Below are positions 39,220-50,972 of a stretch of 64,000 bases of DNA, piece by piece. The notes beneath the pieces are model-generated. The model made no database searches. It saw nothing but the letters and a program-made list of their open reading frames with translations, and was not told the DNA's origin. Each line of letters opens with the position of its first letter. Positions within the stretch are counted from its first letter, which is position 1. The stretch is from Trichosphaerium sp. ATCC 40318. Taxonomy: Eukaryota > Protista > Tubulinea. The translations under genes and the position numbers were made by a program. The stretch covers positions 1 to 64,000 of the forward strand of contig JALMLS010000225.1 in assembly GCA_038496445.1 (NCBI GenBank), read 5' to 3'.

Positions 39220-39770
39220 TCAATACATTTATTTCTTACCATACACGCCAGTATGTTTATTTGAGGGATTCAAATCATCCACACGTAGCAGTTTTTGTGC
39301 TGCACAAATGGGTTGAGTTGGCTACAGCCCATCTTCGATAGAAGGGTACCATTTGAATTATAAAATGGCTGCTATAATGGAAAACAGTATGATATCATTC
39401 AGTTTATGTAACAACGTTTTCATGGCTTTTACCTGAAATAACGCGTTTTGATTTAGCGGCTTAAGCCTGCTTTTTCGGGAAGGGATGTGAACATAGTTAG
39501 CCTTTTGCAACTCTACAAGCTTATATATACCATTAGTGTATCCTTATGGAGTACTTAACATTCGTATAAGAACAGAAAGTCACGTGCTTGCTACAAATCG
39601 GCGTAGCCTTATAAAAAAGTAGAAGCCATGTCGGAGATTACAAGCAAAATAAATTAGTTTTACTGAAACAAAAATGGTGTCATCTTCAATTCAAATCTCA
39701 AGTTCATATTGCTTACTGGTATATAAAAGGGCAACAACCTCTTTGTTGTTTAAAGATTTTCTAGCAAAAG

Positions 39771-39829
39771 TTTTTTTTTGTTTTTTTTTTGTTTTTTTTT
39801 TTGTTTTTTTTTTTTTTTGTTTTTTTTTT
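39771..39829. repeat. Interrupted poly(T)/poly(A) tract of about 59 nt
   Basis: Runs of T separated by single G. Confidence 0.95.
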
Positions 39830-40439
39830 ACATTCTTGGGCTTCCGCCTTCGAATGCCATTTTTGCTAGATCTATGTCATAGCTAGATATCATTATGATA
39901 TTTGATACGCCTGTAGGTGGGTAGTAGAGGTCTTCTACCTGTGGGTCCCAAGTCAGAGCGTATGTGTAGTCTGGATTGGTATTAACCAAGATGCTTTTAG
40001 GGACTGTGACCGTGACTTTAATCACTAATGGTCTGCCCAGGAGAGAATTGTATTTTTTACGAGCGTACTTTCGCACTGCTCGGAGTAGTCTTGACATGTC
40101 AAGCAGAAGTATAGATATTGTAGTTTAGTATTCGTATGCTTCCACTAGATAAAAAATCCATTTTCCTTTTAACCAAGTAATTTCTTGTTGCAAAAAAATT
40201 GTGGTTTTGCCACGGTTTTCGAGAAAACCAGTCCATTGCGTTACATGGTAATAGAAGCATATCAAGTCCAATCGATAGCATATATACGGATTTTGATGCT
40301 GGGTTTTAAGATGTGGAGTTATGAAGTAAATCGGGATTGTAATGTTGAAAAAAAGTGAAATTTGAAAAAGACTTAAAAGCAACTCACAGCGGTTTCTACG
40401 TTCCCGTGTGGTATCTTCCACGCGTATTTTGAGACTCAT
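39828..40439 (-). CDS. Hypothetical protein or disrupted gene
   Basis: ATG 40439 with a TATA-like TTTTAAATATA upstream; plausible GTGAGT...CAG intron; frames do not join cleanly near 40099; no domain recognised. Confidence 0.3.
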
Positions 40440-40527
40440 CTATATTTAAAAGGGATATTAAGTCTAGTACAAAATCTGAAGAACCGAGAATTTGCGTAAT
40501 CAACCTTTATTTATTAGTGGTATGTTA

Positions 40528-42897
40528 TTAATGTAAAGCAAGGTCGTTTTGATCCTTAAAAAGGTCGATCTTTCTGTTGTAGCTTCCCTCATGCGCTTGT
40601 CGCTCAAAACATGCCTCGATTTTATAACGTAAATGAATAATAGCGTTGGTGACGGTTTGAACCAGTTACCTGCCTTTTCGGTCAAAAAAAACGTGATCGT
40701 ACCGTTACCGATTTTCTGTTGACTTTTGCTCTCAAATAAGCTTGTATGTATTATGAGAGTAGTTGTATAACTGCAGTGCCACTGTAACCTTTTTTGGCGC
40801 TCTTTCAGTTCAAAATAGCATTTGCCTTTCTTTTGTAGACTCTAACACATTAGAAAGAGCCACAACGCGTACCTCTTAGATTCAAGACACTTTAAAGCTC
40901 TTTTGAGCTGGTTATGCACCAACAACAGCGATCACAGTTTAAAACTCGTAACCATGACTCACCAGCTTTTTGCGACCCATAGGATACAAGCGCTGTCCGT
41001 GATCTACATGCTGACCGGTTTACGCCTTTGGCAACCGTTCTTATACTGCCTGGAGGATTAATGACCCTCAGTAGACTTTGGTTTGCTCACAATAGATAAT
41101 GCGCATGATCAAATCCTTAAGCCTTATTTCAGATAATGTTGTGCCTTATTAGATACCTGCTTTTGTAGTTGATTCATCAGTAAGGCCTGAAGACATACTG
41201 TCGGATGGGAGCTACATTCGCTAAGAAACAAAAAAGAGGTAAAAATTAGGTATTATTTTTAGTGTTGCACAATCAGGTCACGTTCCAGCGTTATCTCTCC
41301 GTGATCAGTTGTTTCCATCTTAAAAAAAAAGGTACACGTTAGAAACAGGTGACTGTATTAAAGTGTAGCAACCCTGACGGTAGTTTACCAGCTATTGCGT
41401 AGTCCTAAACATGGTTTGAAGGGAGTTTATAAAATATTAGGAAACAAAACCTGCACAAAGACCATGAACCAACAAACAGTAATATTAGGTGCAAAAAAGA
41501 GCTTCATTTAACCGACTGAAGTTAATATCATACAGTCCATATTCTAATTGTTGCGAAGATTAATCCAGCTAGTACTGTCCACTCTATTGCAGTTCCAAGA
41601 AGCGCTATAGTAATGAGTAAGAAATGACTAGAACGAATAAAGGAAGTACCTATGGCGCCTATCATGAGGTTGGCAATTCTTCTTGAAGTGAGAAGCCAAA
41701 AAGTCACTATTGGGAATAATATCGGGCCAAGTGGACAAAGGCAACCAGTCAATAACCTATCAAGAGAATTAATTACGACAGCTAGGAGGATGTTTTTCCT
41801 AACGTACAAAGTTAGTGCGAAAAGAGAAACATGTGATTTATCTATTCTTGTTGAAACGGATGGCTGTAAAAGAGAACTTAGCACTCATTCCAAAAAATAT
41901 TTTGTTTACTTGTATTGTTGCGTATGCTCCAGCATCGTTGGTCTCAACCAATTGGTACATTTCTTCTGGATCTTCAAACGTGTCTTCAGTGCAAGATAGT
42001 ATGAGACATATTAAGAAAACTACGAGAGAACCTGCAGCGGAAGAACCTGAACTTGTTAGGAAGTTATTTAAACATTTAAATAAAATCGGCTTCTTAAGTT
42101 TGCTACTAACCTACGAGTGGAATGCCACGTTGGATATCTACTGCTGGATCCAATTCGTCTTTCATATCGTACTGAAGCATGCGATCAAAGCCTTGGAAAA
42201 CTAGAAGAACATACGCAGTTCTAGAAGTAAAAAGGGTGAAAAACTATTTCAGAACAAAACAAAGTTCAGGAGAAAATGAACCAACTTACGCTACAACAGC
42301 CCAATAAACGATAATGACAAGAGATACGTATACAGATGCACGTCTATCACGAGCGAATAGAATAACGCCAATTCTAAAAAAAACATCAACAAAACTTTTT
42401 TTCTCATGATCACGTGATTTTTTCGTTGTTGCTTACAAGATGATATGGAGTACCGCCATCATAATATACGAAAATATAAGGCCGAATTGACCCATCTTAG
42501 TGAGATTACAATGAACCGCTTTGTGTGGTTCATACATCTTGCAGTTTGGAAATTCGTCATACTCCATTTTATTGCAAGTCCATTCAACTTCATTTACTCC
42601 CTTTGTGCAGTTTTTGTACTCCAGAACGCCTATTTCATAGCGAACGAATCTAAAATTATTTATTTAGTTCATTTACCACGCTTTTGATTGTCCACGTGCG
42701 TAGGACTGTCTCAAAAACTTGAAAATTCGCGAATGACAACCAAAACTCGTTATTTCTCTTTACAACGCGTACCCATCGTCTATAGGTCCTTCTATATGTA
42801 CTAATTCAAGAAATACACTTCCCGCAATCCCTCCAATGATTAAGACGGATAATATAACGACCCACGCCTTCAGCAATCTGCTCAACCAAGGATTCAT
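40528..42897 (-). CDS. Multi-pass membrane protein with claudin/PMP22-like N-terminal half (multi-exon; 3' end uncertain)
   Basis: MNPWLSRLLKAWVVILSVLIIGGIAGSVFL (TM1), Cys-containing loop YEIGVLEYKNC...WTC...C...HC, further TM exons at 42290-42500, 41990-42050 and 41530-41780. Confidence 0.5.
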
Positions 42898-43836
42898 GCG
42901 TATCTCAGTAAACTCTAAATCGTTTGGAGAAAAGTTGGGACCATTTTCAGTTTGCTTCCTTCAATTGACAAAATTGCTTTCAGCGCGAAAGGTACACGTG
43001 CAGCTGATATCACGTAATACGAAGAGCGTAGATTTACGAGAAAGCATACCTGGGCTTAAAAAGAGCAAACGTTATACATGGGAACTAACGAATCAAACAT
43101 CAGCAGTGGGTTATTATCAATATGTAATTACGTGATATTTAGCGGTCTCAACCAGTGCGTAAGCACGCTCAACAAAAATACAAATGCAGTCTTTAAATCC
43201 CTTCTTCAACGAAGCGAATGGTTTAACTGTTCGTACATAATCACGTGCGCTCAGTTCCTATTTACTTTGATAAGTATAGGATTTATTGTTAATTTTGTGT
43301 TAGGATTGGTACTGGTTTTGTGGATGTACTATTTGATGTGCTATCGCTTGGAATCGAAGATGCAGTACAAAACGGAGGTTGGACTAGAAAACTCATTCAA
43401 CAGTAGCAACTTGTAAAACACAATGGTAAATGTAGACATCACCTGTTGTTTCATGCTATGCGATCACTCAGTACATTGTTTGCTAGCATCCAAACCCACG
43501 TACCTTAAAGCACATGTGTCAACACACGCGCCTTTATCAAAAGAAACGTCTTCGTAATGCTTTTACTCTGCCAGTAAATATTTAGTAGTGAGGTGTCCAA
43601 TCATGTAACGATAGTTACTCTTGACAATGTCTTTAAACCTTCATCTGTTATGTTTGCGCTCTAAAGTGGATTTCATACTCACCCAGTACTTCGTACACTC
43701 GTATATTCAAGCATTATTGACAGTACTGGTCTTGACCAGCTTCTGGTGTAGCTGTAAGCTAATGATTACTACAAGCGGCAATCAATAGAGCGCCTCCGGT
43801 TTGTCGTTTTGTCTTATTCAGCAAAAAAAAGAAAAA

Positions 43837-43965
43837 GATGAGTATCGAATTAAAGTGCAATCCTCTACCTCAAAGTGCCCGCTAACTCTAGCAGGCGAAG
43901 AGGTAGAAAGCAGAATTACGTTTCGTCAGGAAATCTAAGGTGACTACACCTCATGGCTCATCGAT
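43837..43965 (-). ncRNA. Unidentified structured small RNA gene, copy 1
   Basis: Stems GAUGAG/CUCAUC, GAGGUGUAGUC/GAUUGCACUUU and UCUACCUC/GAGGUAGA; T-run terminator (A-run 43823-43836 on +); AACCACAA about 60 nt upstream. Confidence 0.7.
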
Positions 43966-44300
43966 ATTGTAGACACATCATACTTGTTTTAAACACAAAG
44001 TATCTGATAAAAAAAAAGATTGTGGTTTGAAAAACAATCAAATTTCTTTTAGTAGGATTAAACAAAGAACGACAACCTATTCCAGTACTTGCAATATAAT
44101 ACACTCATATCAAAAGCACTACATGGTTGTAGGCAACACAAAAGTAGAAAAAATTGATGACGTCAGCAGTCTATACAACAGTTGTCAAATTACTAAAAAC
44201 AGTATTCTGCTTAACCTGCGTATGTACACTTTCTCATAAATAGTGCTCATGTTAGTCCTTGGTAATACTAATCCAACAAATAGAAATTCGAGAGTTTTTC

Positions 44301-44340
44301 AACCACAATCTTTTTATTATCAGATACTTTGTGTTTAAAA
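44301..44340 (+). promoter_or_regulatory. Upstream element AACCACAA (about -60) and TATA-like GTGTTTAAAA (about -25) of the ncRNA gene
   Basis: Both motifs occur at equivalent distances in all three copies (also 43987-44027 and 49034-49072 on the minus strand). Confidence 0.6.
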
Positions 44341-44361
44341 CAAGTATGATGTGTCTACAAT

Positions 44362-44468
44362 ATCGATGAGCCATGAGGTGTAGTCTCCTTGGATTTCCAA
44401 ACGAACCGTGAAATCTGTGTTTCTACCTTAACGTAGAAGGATGAATACTCATTAATTCGATACCCATC
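44362..44468 (+). ncRNA. Unidentified structured small RNA gene, copy 2 (shortened hairpin)
   Basis: Homologous to copy 1 in inverted orientation; GGAUUUC/GAAAUCU and UUCUAC/GUAGAA hairpins; followed by TTTTTCTTTTTTTT. Confidence 0.65.
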
Positions 44469-44662
44469 TTTTTCTTTTTTTTGCCTAGCAAAAAACGTAG
44501 GAAAGACAAACGCTGTAGCGATCAGTTTGAGGTGGACATACTTGTGTCACACGCTTGACGTGCGTCGTTATAACAAATAGCAAGATGCGTCAGTCTTCAC
44601 TGAAACTTAACAGGAAAATACCATATTTTGAAATTATAACATCAAAAAGCGAATAAATCGCC

Positions 44663-47600
44663 ATGAGCACACCTAAGAAGGTTAAAGCGATGCGTCGCCA
44701 GAGGGGAGAGCAGATGGTAACGTAACCTGTTAACACAATTCGTTAAAGTGATCGTAGGTGCTTGAAATCAACGCTATCTTCCCTCAAGTACCTTTATCTC
44801 AAATTATTAAAGCAGGTATGTACAGCAACACGTATATACGCGCATACGCGTCTAGTACCCTCAAAAGCGTTCATCTAAGGGTTAAACTATTATTAACGAA
44901 GTGTAATCCACAACTCTAACCGCTGGCGTAGTGAAAGGTTCAGACCTCAATAAAGAGCGTGCTGTTGCTACATTACTCCAAGACATTGACTCAGACATGG
45001 CAAAAGCGGAGTACGCTCCTAAAACGTTATAAACGAACATAATAACGCAATTACAGCACCACACCACCAAAGGTTACAAAACCTGATCCAAAACCAGTTG
45101 TACCTATCCCTGAGCCAAAAATATCAACGAGAGCGTCTCCAGACGCAACAAGCACCCTGGAGAAGGGTATTAAAAGTGTGGCAGCAATTCTACCTCATGT
45201 TCCAGTTTCCCGAATTATCGAAGCTTGTACGCCCTTGTCAACAACCAATTCTACGAGCTAAAAGGTATTTATTAGTAAAACAAGCTAAAGGAGACTCAGA
45301 ATTAGCAATTTTAAAAATCGTTGAATCTCCTGACTTTGAAGACGCAGATATTGATCCAGAGGAGATCCAATCAGGTACACAATATACTAACACATATACC
45401 CCAAGTTTGTCTTACGCATGTGTTAGCTTCTCCTTCTGAAAGTGAAGAAGAGGTGTACAGTGATGAAGGTTTCTTTGCTAACGAATGGTTCACTGATAAA
45501 CCGCTTCTTGATCTATCACCAGAGTATCAACCGGATCTTTTATCTCTGATGTATCAAGAACAAGCTGATGAAGAATTAGCACGTCAATTACAGGAGGCAG
45601 ATAGTACGTTAAAAACACAAACAAGCGAAAAGCGGTTGTTCATTATCTGAATAACTTTAATTACCAAAACGAAAACTAAACGTTTTCTCTTTGTAGATCG
45701 TGAATATCGTCATGAAACTACACCATTACGTGCTCTTCCATTTTATAATGCTAGACAACGTAAAAGAAATAAAAGGAACAGGTATTATGAGCACAAACAT
45801 TACAGTGCAGGTACGAACAAAAGAGCTCGAAAGTTCTCTTTAATGGGCTTAACAATTTCTAGGTGGTGCTTATTCTAGTGTACCTCGTATTGTAGTTGAC
45901 CCTAACTTGGAGAGGTTCTTAAATGTTCAAGCATATAATAACGCAGCCAAACTCACAAACGCGGTTCCTGGAGGGTACTAATTTGTAGTTTTTTGTTTAT
46001 TATTTTTCTTGCTTTTTTCTCATTTTGCTAAATGTCTTTTTGGTCAGACCAAAGAAGGTTTTTAAACGCCGGCGTATTACCATGGGTAGGCGCTTAAACC
46101 TACTTCAACAAAAACTTGCAAATGAGTGCACTTGTACAAGTGATAATCATAAACATAGCCTAAAGTACGTCGATTGCTAACACGTGTATTTTTAATTATT
46201 TTTAGGCATCCTGGTGAAGGAGATGTTAATTGGTATCAAAATACTTTACAAAAGATTTTGGACGATGCACCTCGTGATGTCATGGATATTGACACTTCTA
46301 ATTGTATGAACATGCAAGCACAAGAGCTTGAGGATCTCGTATCAGTATTCGGTAAAGAGATGACTATTTCACGTTGTTCTCCACCAATCGTTCAGTTCAA
46401 GCTTTTCGTTCATGAAAAGTATATGATCTTCCTTTGTTTTACACTTCCTGTTGATTACCCAAATTCGCCACCACATATCACTATCCGTCGATTTGGTATT
46501 GCTACAGTACCTTCAAATGAAACTATGAATAAGCTCAAAGCATTATTGGATAAGAAAGCAACAGCTGAACCTGGAAAACCAATCATCAAAGAATTGGTTG
46601 GAATTTCAAAGACATTCTTTGTTAAATTTCCAGCTGTCGCTCAAGAAGTCGTGCGTATTATCAATGCTATTCCTCAAACTAACCGCGTATGCTTTAGTAC
46701 GAATTCAAGGTTAATAACATGCCACCTGAGGAAGGTATGGCTATGTCTAGACTGAAGAAATGGCATTTTCTCTTTGACCTTCTTCCACCCACTGATGGTC
46801 ATAATTCCATGATTCAATCTATCGTAGAATGTCGTACAGCTGTAGGACTTGAGGTACGACATTCTTTTCTAACGAACAGATAGTAATAATCCACTGTAGG
46901 AAAGCGATAGCGTTTACTTTGCGATTTTGCGCCAATTCGGTTGGAACAGTAAACAATTCATTGAAGAATACGATTCTTGCAAAAAGAACAAGACTCTTGG
47001 AAAATTTTTGGACGAACTTGGCCTTGTAGTATACTCCAAGGAAAGTCGTAGAGATATTGCTTTATTCTCTGCTCCTTCTACATCTACAGTTGAATGTCCA
47101 AGTTGCCTTGATGATTGTGATCCTAAAGATGTTATTTCTTTGGAGTGTGGACACTCTTACTGTATACCTTGTTGGAAACAGTACCTTAAAGTTGGTATTA
47201 AAGAAGGTATGAGTACATCAAAGTCGTCAAAAACCATCAACTAATCTCTTTGCCAGGAAAAGTTTTGCACTTTTGTCCAGCTTACAAGTGCTCTTGTCAA
47301 TGTTCTTGGCCTGTCATTGCTCGTCTTGCTGAACCTGATGATTGGGCTAAGGTACTAATACTTACGATTCTTTTGAATGCTGTAGAAAAACAGGTTTTAG
47401 CTCACGTGATTGTTTTAGCTCATGAGATATCTGAGAAATGATTGGTGTGAGAGTAATAGATTAAATGCTTTTTGTCCAAGTCAAAAATGTCAACACGTTG
47501 TTACTGCAAAACGATTATACCATGAAGTTGTTTGTAAATGTGGTAACGCATTCTGTATGGCTTGTGGTAATAGAGCGCATTATCCAGCAGACTGCAAGCA

Positions 47601-48699
47601 ATTAGAATGGTGGATACGAAAGAACCAAGAGTAAGTACAAGAAACGGATTATGACTGCGTTTGCCTTGTGGTGACTGATGATATCTTTAGAGAGCGTACT
47701 CATGATGATGAAGATGATGTGAAATCTATTAAATGGCTTCTTAAGTTCACTCAAGATTGTCCTGAGTGTGACTCACCTATTCAGAAAAATGGTGGTTGTA
47801 ATCACATGTCATGCCGTAAATGCAACTATCAGGTATTACACGAACAATTCTTCACGTGGAGTTTTGTTTTCACGTGCTGTTTGTTAATCTTTTTTGATGT
47901 TTTAGTTTTGTTGGATATGCTTGGGTAAATGGACTGGAGGTAGCCACTATAACTGTAAAAACAAGCCTCAAAAGCGAGATCGTATGCTAGAAGAAAGAAA
48001 TGAGCGAGATTTTGATAAACTCAGTTTCCACCAGTATTATCTCCTTTTCTCTAATCTAGCAGATGGTAACGATCCAACTACTATTGGACATGCTATAAAA
48101 ATGGCAAAAACCGTACGATTTCATAGCACTTGACACAAGATCAAGCGAAGACAAAACTTATTTTTCTGCCTTAGAAGAAATTATCAGTTGAAGAAACGCG
48201 TAAGGTTTACGCTGCTGGTATGGATCTTATTATGGTACGTTGTGTTTAGATTATTTATTATGGTTTTTGGATACTTATTTATATGTGTTAGGGAAGGAAT
48301 TTGATGTTGAGTATCTGCATAGCTGGTATGTTTGATCAAAAACTAGGACTTAAGATAAAGCCACTTAAGAAGTTTCTTAAAATTATTGCGAATGATGTAT
48401 CTTTCTTGAGTTCAAGTTTATACGCTCGAAAAAAGTTTTGGAATATCCAAACAGTATCAGGTACGTCATCACACTTCAAATACATAATGCAAACAATGAA
48501 GAACAAAACCCTGACAGTTGTTTTTTTAACTTTTTTTGTTTTCTTACTAATTCTTCTTTCAGCTGGTTCTGGTTCCTTGACTCATGGTATTTCTCTATTC
48601 CATGCAAAATACTCAAACTATAGAAAAGAAAACGAAGAGAAACGTGCTTTTATACTTGAGACTATGGATATGTCCGGTAAAAAGTCTTCTTCAGAGTAA
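44663..48699 (+). CDS. Ariadne-type RBR E3 ubiquitin ligase with N-terminal CUE-like, UIM-like and RWD domains (multi-exon)
   Basis: INAIFPQVPLSQIIKA...ERAVATLL (CUE-like); QEQADEELARQLQE; RWD QAQELEDLVSVF...FTLPVDYPNSPP; RING1 CPSC...CGHSYCIPCW; IBR; RING2 CPECDSPIQKNGGCNHMSCRKC. Confidence 0.9.
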
Positions 48700-48883
48700 A
48701 CTCATTGTCTTAAATCAAATAACAATAAATACAGTTTACCAGCTCGTTTCTTAGCTTAATATCAAGCTGACCAGTATAAGAACATTTCGATAGTTGTATC
48801 AAGAACATACAGGCTACGTGAACTACAAAATACAAAGTTTAATTCAGAATTGAATTTTGGATTAATGGCAACTGTTACAAAAA

Positions 48884-49013
48884 GTGATGAGTATCGAATT
48901 GAAGTGCAATCCTCTACCTCTTAGTACCTTCCAATCCTAGTCAGGTTAGAGGTAGATAGTAGAATTACTTTTTGTCCGGAAATCTTAATGACTACACTTC
49001 GTGGCTCATCGAT
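48884..49013 (-). ncRNA. Unidentified structured small RNA gene, copy 3
   Basis: GAAGUGUAGUC/GAUUGCACUUC (pairing preserved despite changes versus copy 1); UCUACCUC/GAGGUAGA; T5 terminator; same upstream motifs. Confidence 0.7.
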
Positions 49014-49520
49014 AAAGATAGATATCATTGATCTTTTAAACACAAGACAAAGGAAAAAAAAAGCTTGTGGTTTTGAAAATTAAACTAATTTCTACTGTTG
49101 GGTTGGATAAATGATTTACTGTATAGTGTAGCTCAAGATCAAGGTTACAGCTTAACTCTTAATCTTATTCAATTCAGAGAAGATAGCTTGAATAAGGCCA
49201 GTAAACAGCATTGCTTTTGCCATCAGTGAAACAGTGATCGCACAAGAACCTTTAACGCAGATGCTCCGAATACTTATGGAATTAGTTTCACACTATGGCT
49301 CATGGTATGCGATAGCTCATAGCAAAACTCATTGAGAAACTACACTTTTCTTTTTCCTAATACCTCAACAAACTACTTAAACCAACTTGGTGTATTTAGC
49401 AAACGTTGTTAACTAATAAGTTTAATCATTTAATTACTTACAAGATATCCCACGTGATATTCAAGGCTCATTTGGTTCTGTCATTTAAGGTTTTATTTTG
49501 TATTTAATTTGCTTGATGCT

Positions 49521-50972
49521 CTAGTCATTTTCTTCATCTGTTTGGTATTCTTTGAAGCCAAATATCTTCTTACCCAATTCAGTAAGCTCTGGCATTTTGT
49601 GTAGAGGTTGCTCCCAGTTATCACCTCCTCCTGTTGAGTTGCCACTCGGAAACCAATGAGGAAGGGTACCGTTTTCAACGGCTTGTTTAACGTCTTTCCT
49701 ACCTCTAGTATCAGAAAAGTATAACAAGGTTGAAGAAGAAAGGCACCTTTGTTCTACGCGGAATTCATCATCGTCACAAGGAATAAAGTTTATAAAGCAC
49801 TGAAAGCGCCAAGAGTCTGATTGGTTAACTTTAGAAGCATGTGGAAGACGGCTACTCCATATAACCATATCTCCTTTAGACATAGGGACTTCAATCGCTT
49901 TACAACATCAGGTAAAAACAATAAGACTTAAAGGTAAGTTGCTCACCTCTATTAGCGATTGCTTTTGAGTCTGCAAACTGCGTGAAGTTCTCATACCTAT
50001 CTGGAGGATCCATTTGATCTGTGGATGAAAATTCACCTTTCTAGCGATGGCTTGAGATTAAAGAGAATGAAGGTAATTGTACCTCGTATCTTTCTCGGTA
50101 ATCTCGCAGAACATCTAGTTTGTGAAAACCTAATCACGTGATATCAATACTTGTTATGTTAATGGACAATTTTACATACCAGGTATACATGTGAATCCAC
50201 CATGACCTGCTGGGCAGTCAGATAAGCAAACACTGCTTTGAAACTTTTGTTCTGTTATAAACCACAGATTCAAGTCATTGTGAAACTCAAAGTATGCATT
50301 AAGTTCAGGGAAAGTCTTCTTCTAAATAAAATATTAATCACGTGCTAGCAACAGTTAAGTTGCACCTTTTTTTCACCATCCTCCTCAACGTAAACGTATT
50401 GAGGTGGCTTCATTGACATCCAATCAAGAGCAAGAGTCAACTTATGAGTTCTATACAGTTGTGCAAAGACACTGTAAAGCTCAGGTGTTTGTCTTATCTT
50501 ATAGTATGCAGGTAAATGCCATATATCTATAAACCCAACCTTATTACCTTTCCACACCTAGGCTTTCTTTAGCTTGGAAGATCTCAATATTTACTTGGTT
50601 AATTACCTTCTTTGTCCATGTTTTATAATCGTCAGGATCAAGTCCGAGCAGGGAAGCTCTGTCGAAAGCTTGTTTAGTCATTTCGTCACAAAGGGATTCT
50701 TTTACAACTTTTTTAATCACGAGGTATCCATTTTCTAGTATATTTAGGTCGTAACGTGTGGCGGTGACGTACTGTCAAAGAAATCAAGCTGTTCTGGTGT
50801 AAATCTGTACAATTAGTCTAAATATTAGATTGAACGAGTCTTACTTGTATGATAGCGCGTCTGGGTGTGGTTTTAACTGTTTTTCTTCTTCTTCTGTCAA
50901 TCGAAGTGTTTCTTCTCGTTCATGTTTTCGTAAAAAGTCTCTTTCTTGCTGGCTAAGCGATTGATTACCCAT
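49521..50972 (-). CDS. Phytanoyl-CoA dioxygenase (PhyH)-family Fe(II)/2OG oxygenase (multi-exon)
   Basis: ENGYLVIKKVV; HND (HxD); FQSSVCLSDCPAGHGGFTCIPGFH; KGDMVIWSSRLPHAS...WR; N-terminus MGNQSLS. Confidence 0.85.

Noticed and set aside
39537-39546. GTATCCTT, a U12-type donor-like sequence
   Set aside because: Not within a supported gene model and no matching U12 branch site identified.
39674-39886. Phe-rich 70-aa ORF
   Set aside because: Artefact of the poly(T) tract.
44355-44385. Resemblance to U4 (UAUCG..AGCCAAUGAGG), U2 (GUGUAGU), SRP Alu (UGUAGUC) or a hammerhead core
   Set aside because: No U6-pairing 5' end, no Sm site, too short for SRP, and no correctly spaced CUGANGA/GAAA core in all copies.
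43821-44484. MITE or DNA transposon with long terminal inverted repeats
   Set aside because: No target-site duplication seen, a solo third copy exists at 48.9 kb, and substitutions preserve an internal RNA fold plus promoter and terminator. ncRNA genes fit better, though a MITE is not formally excluded.
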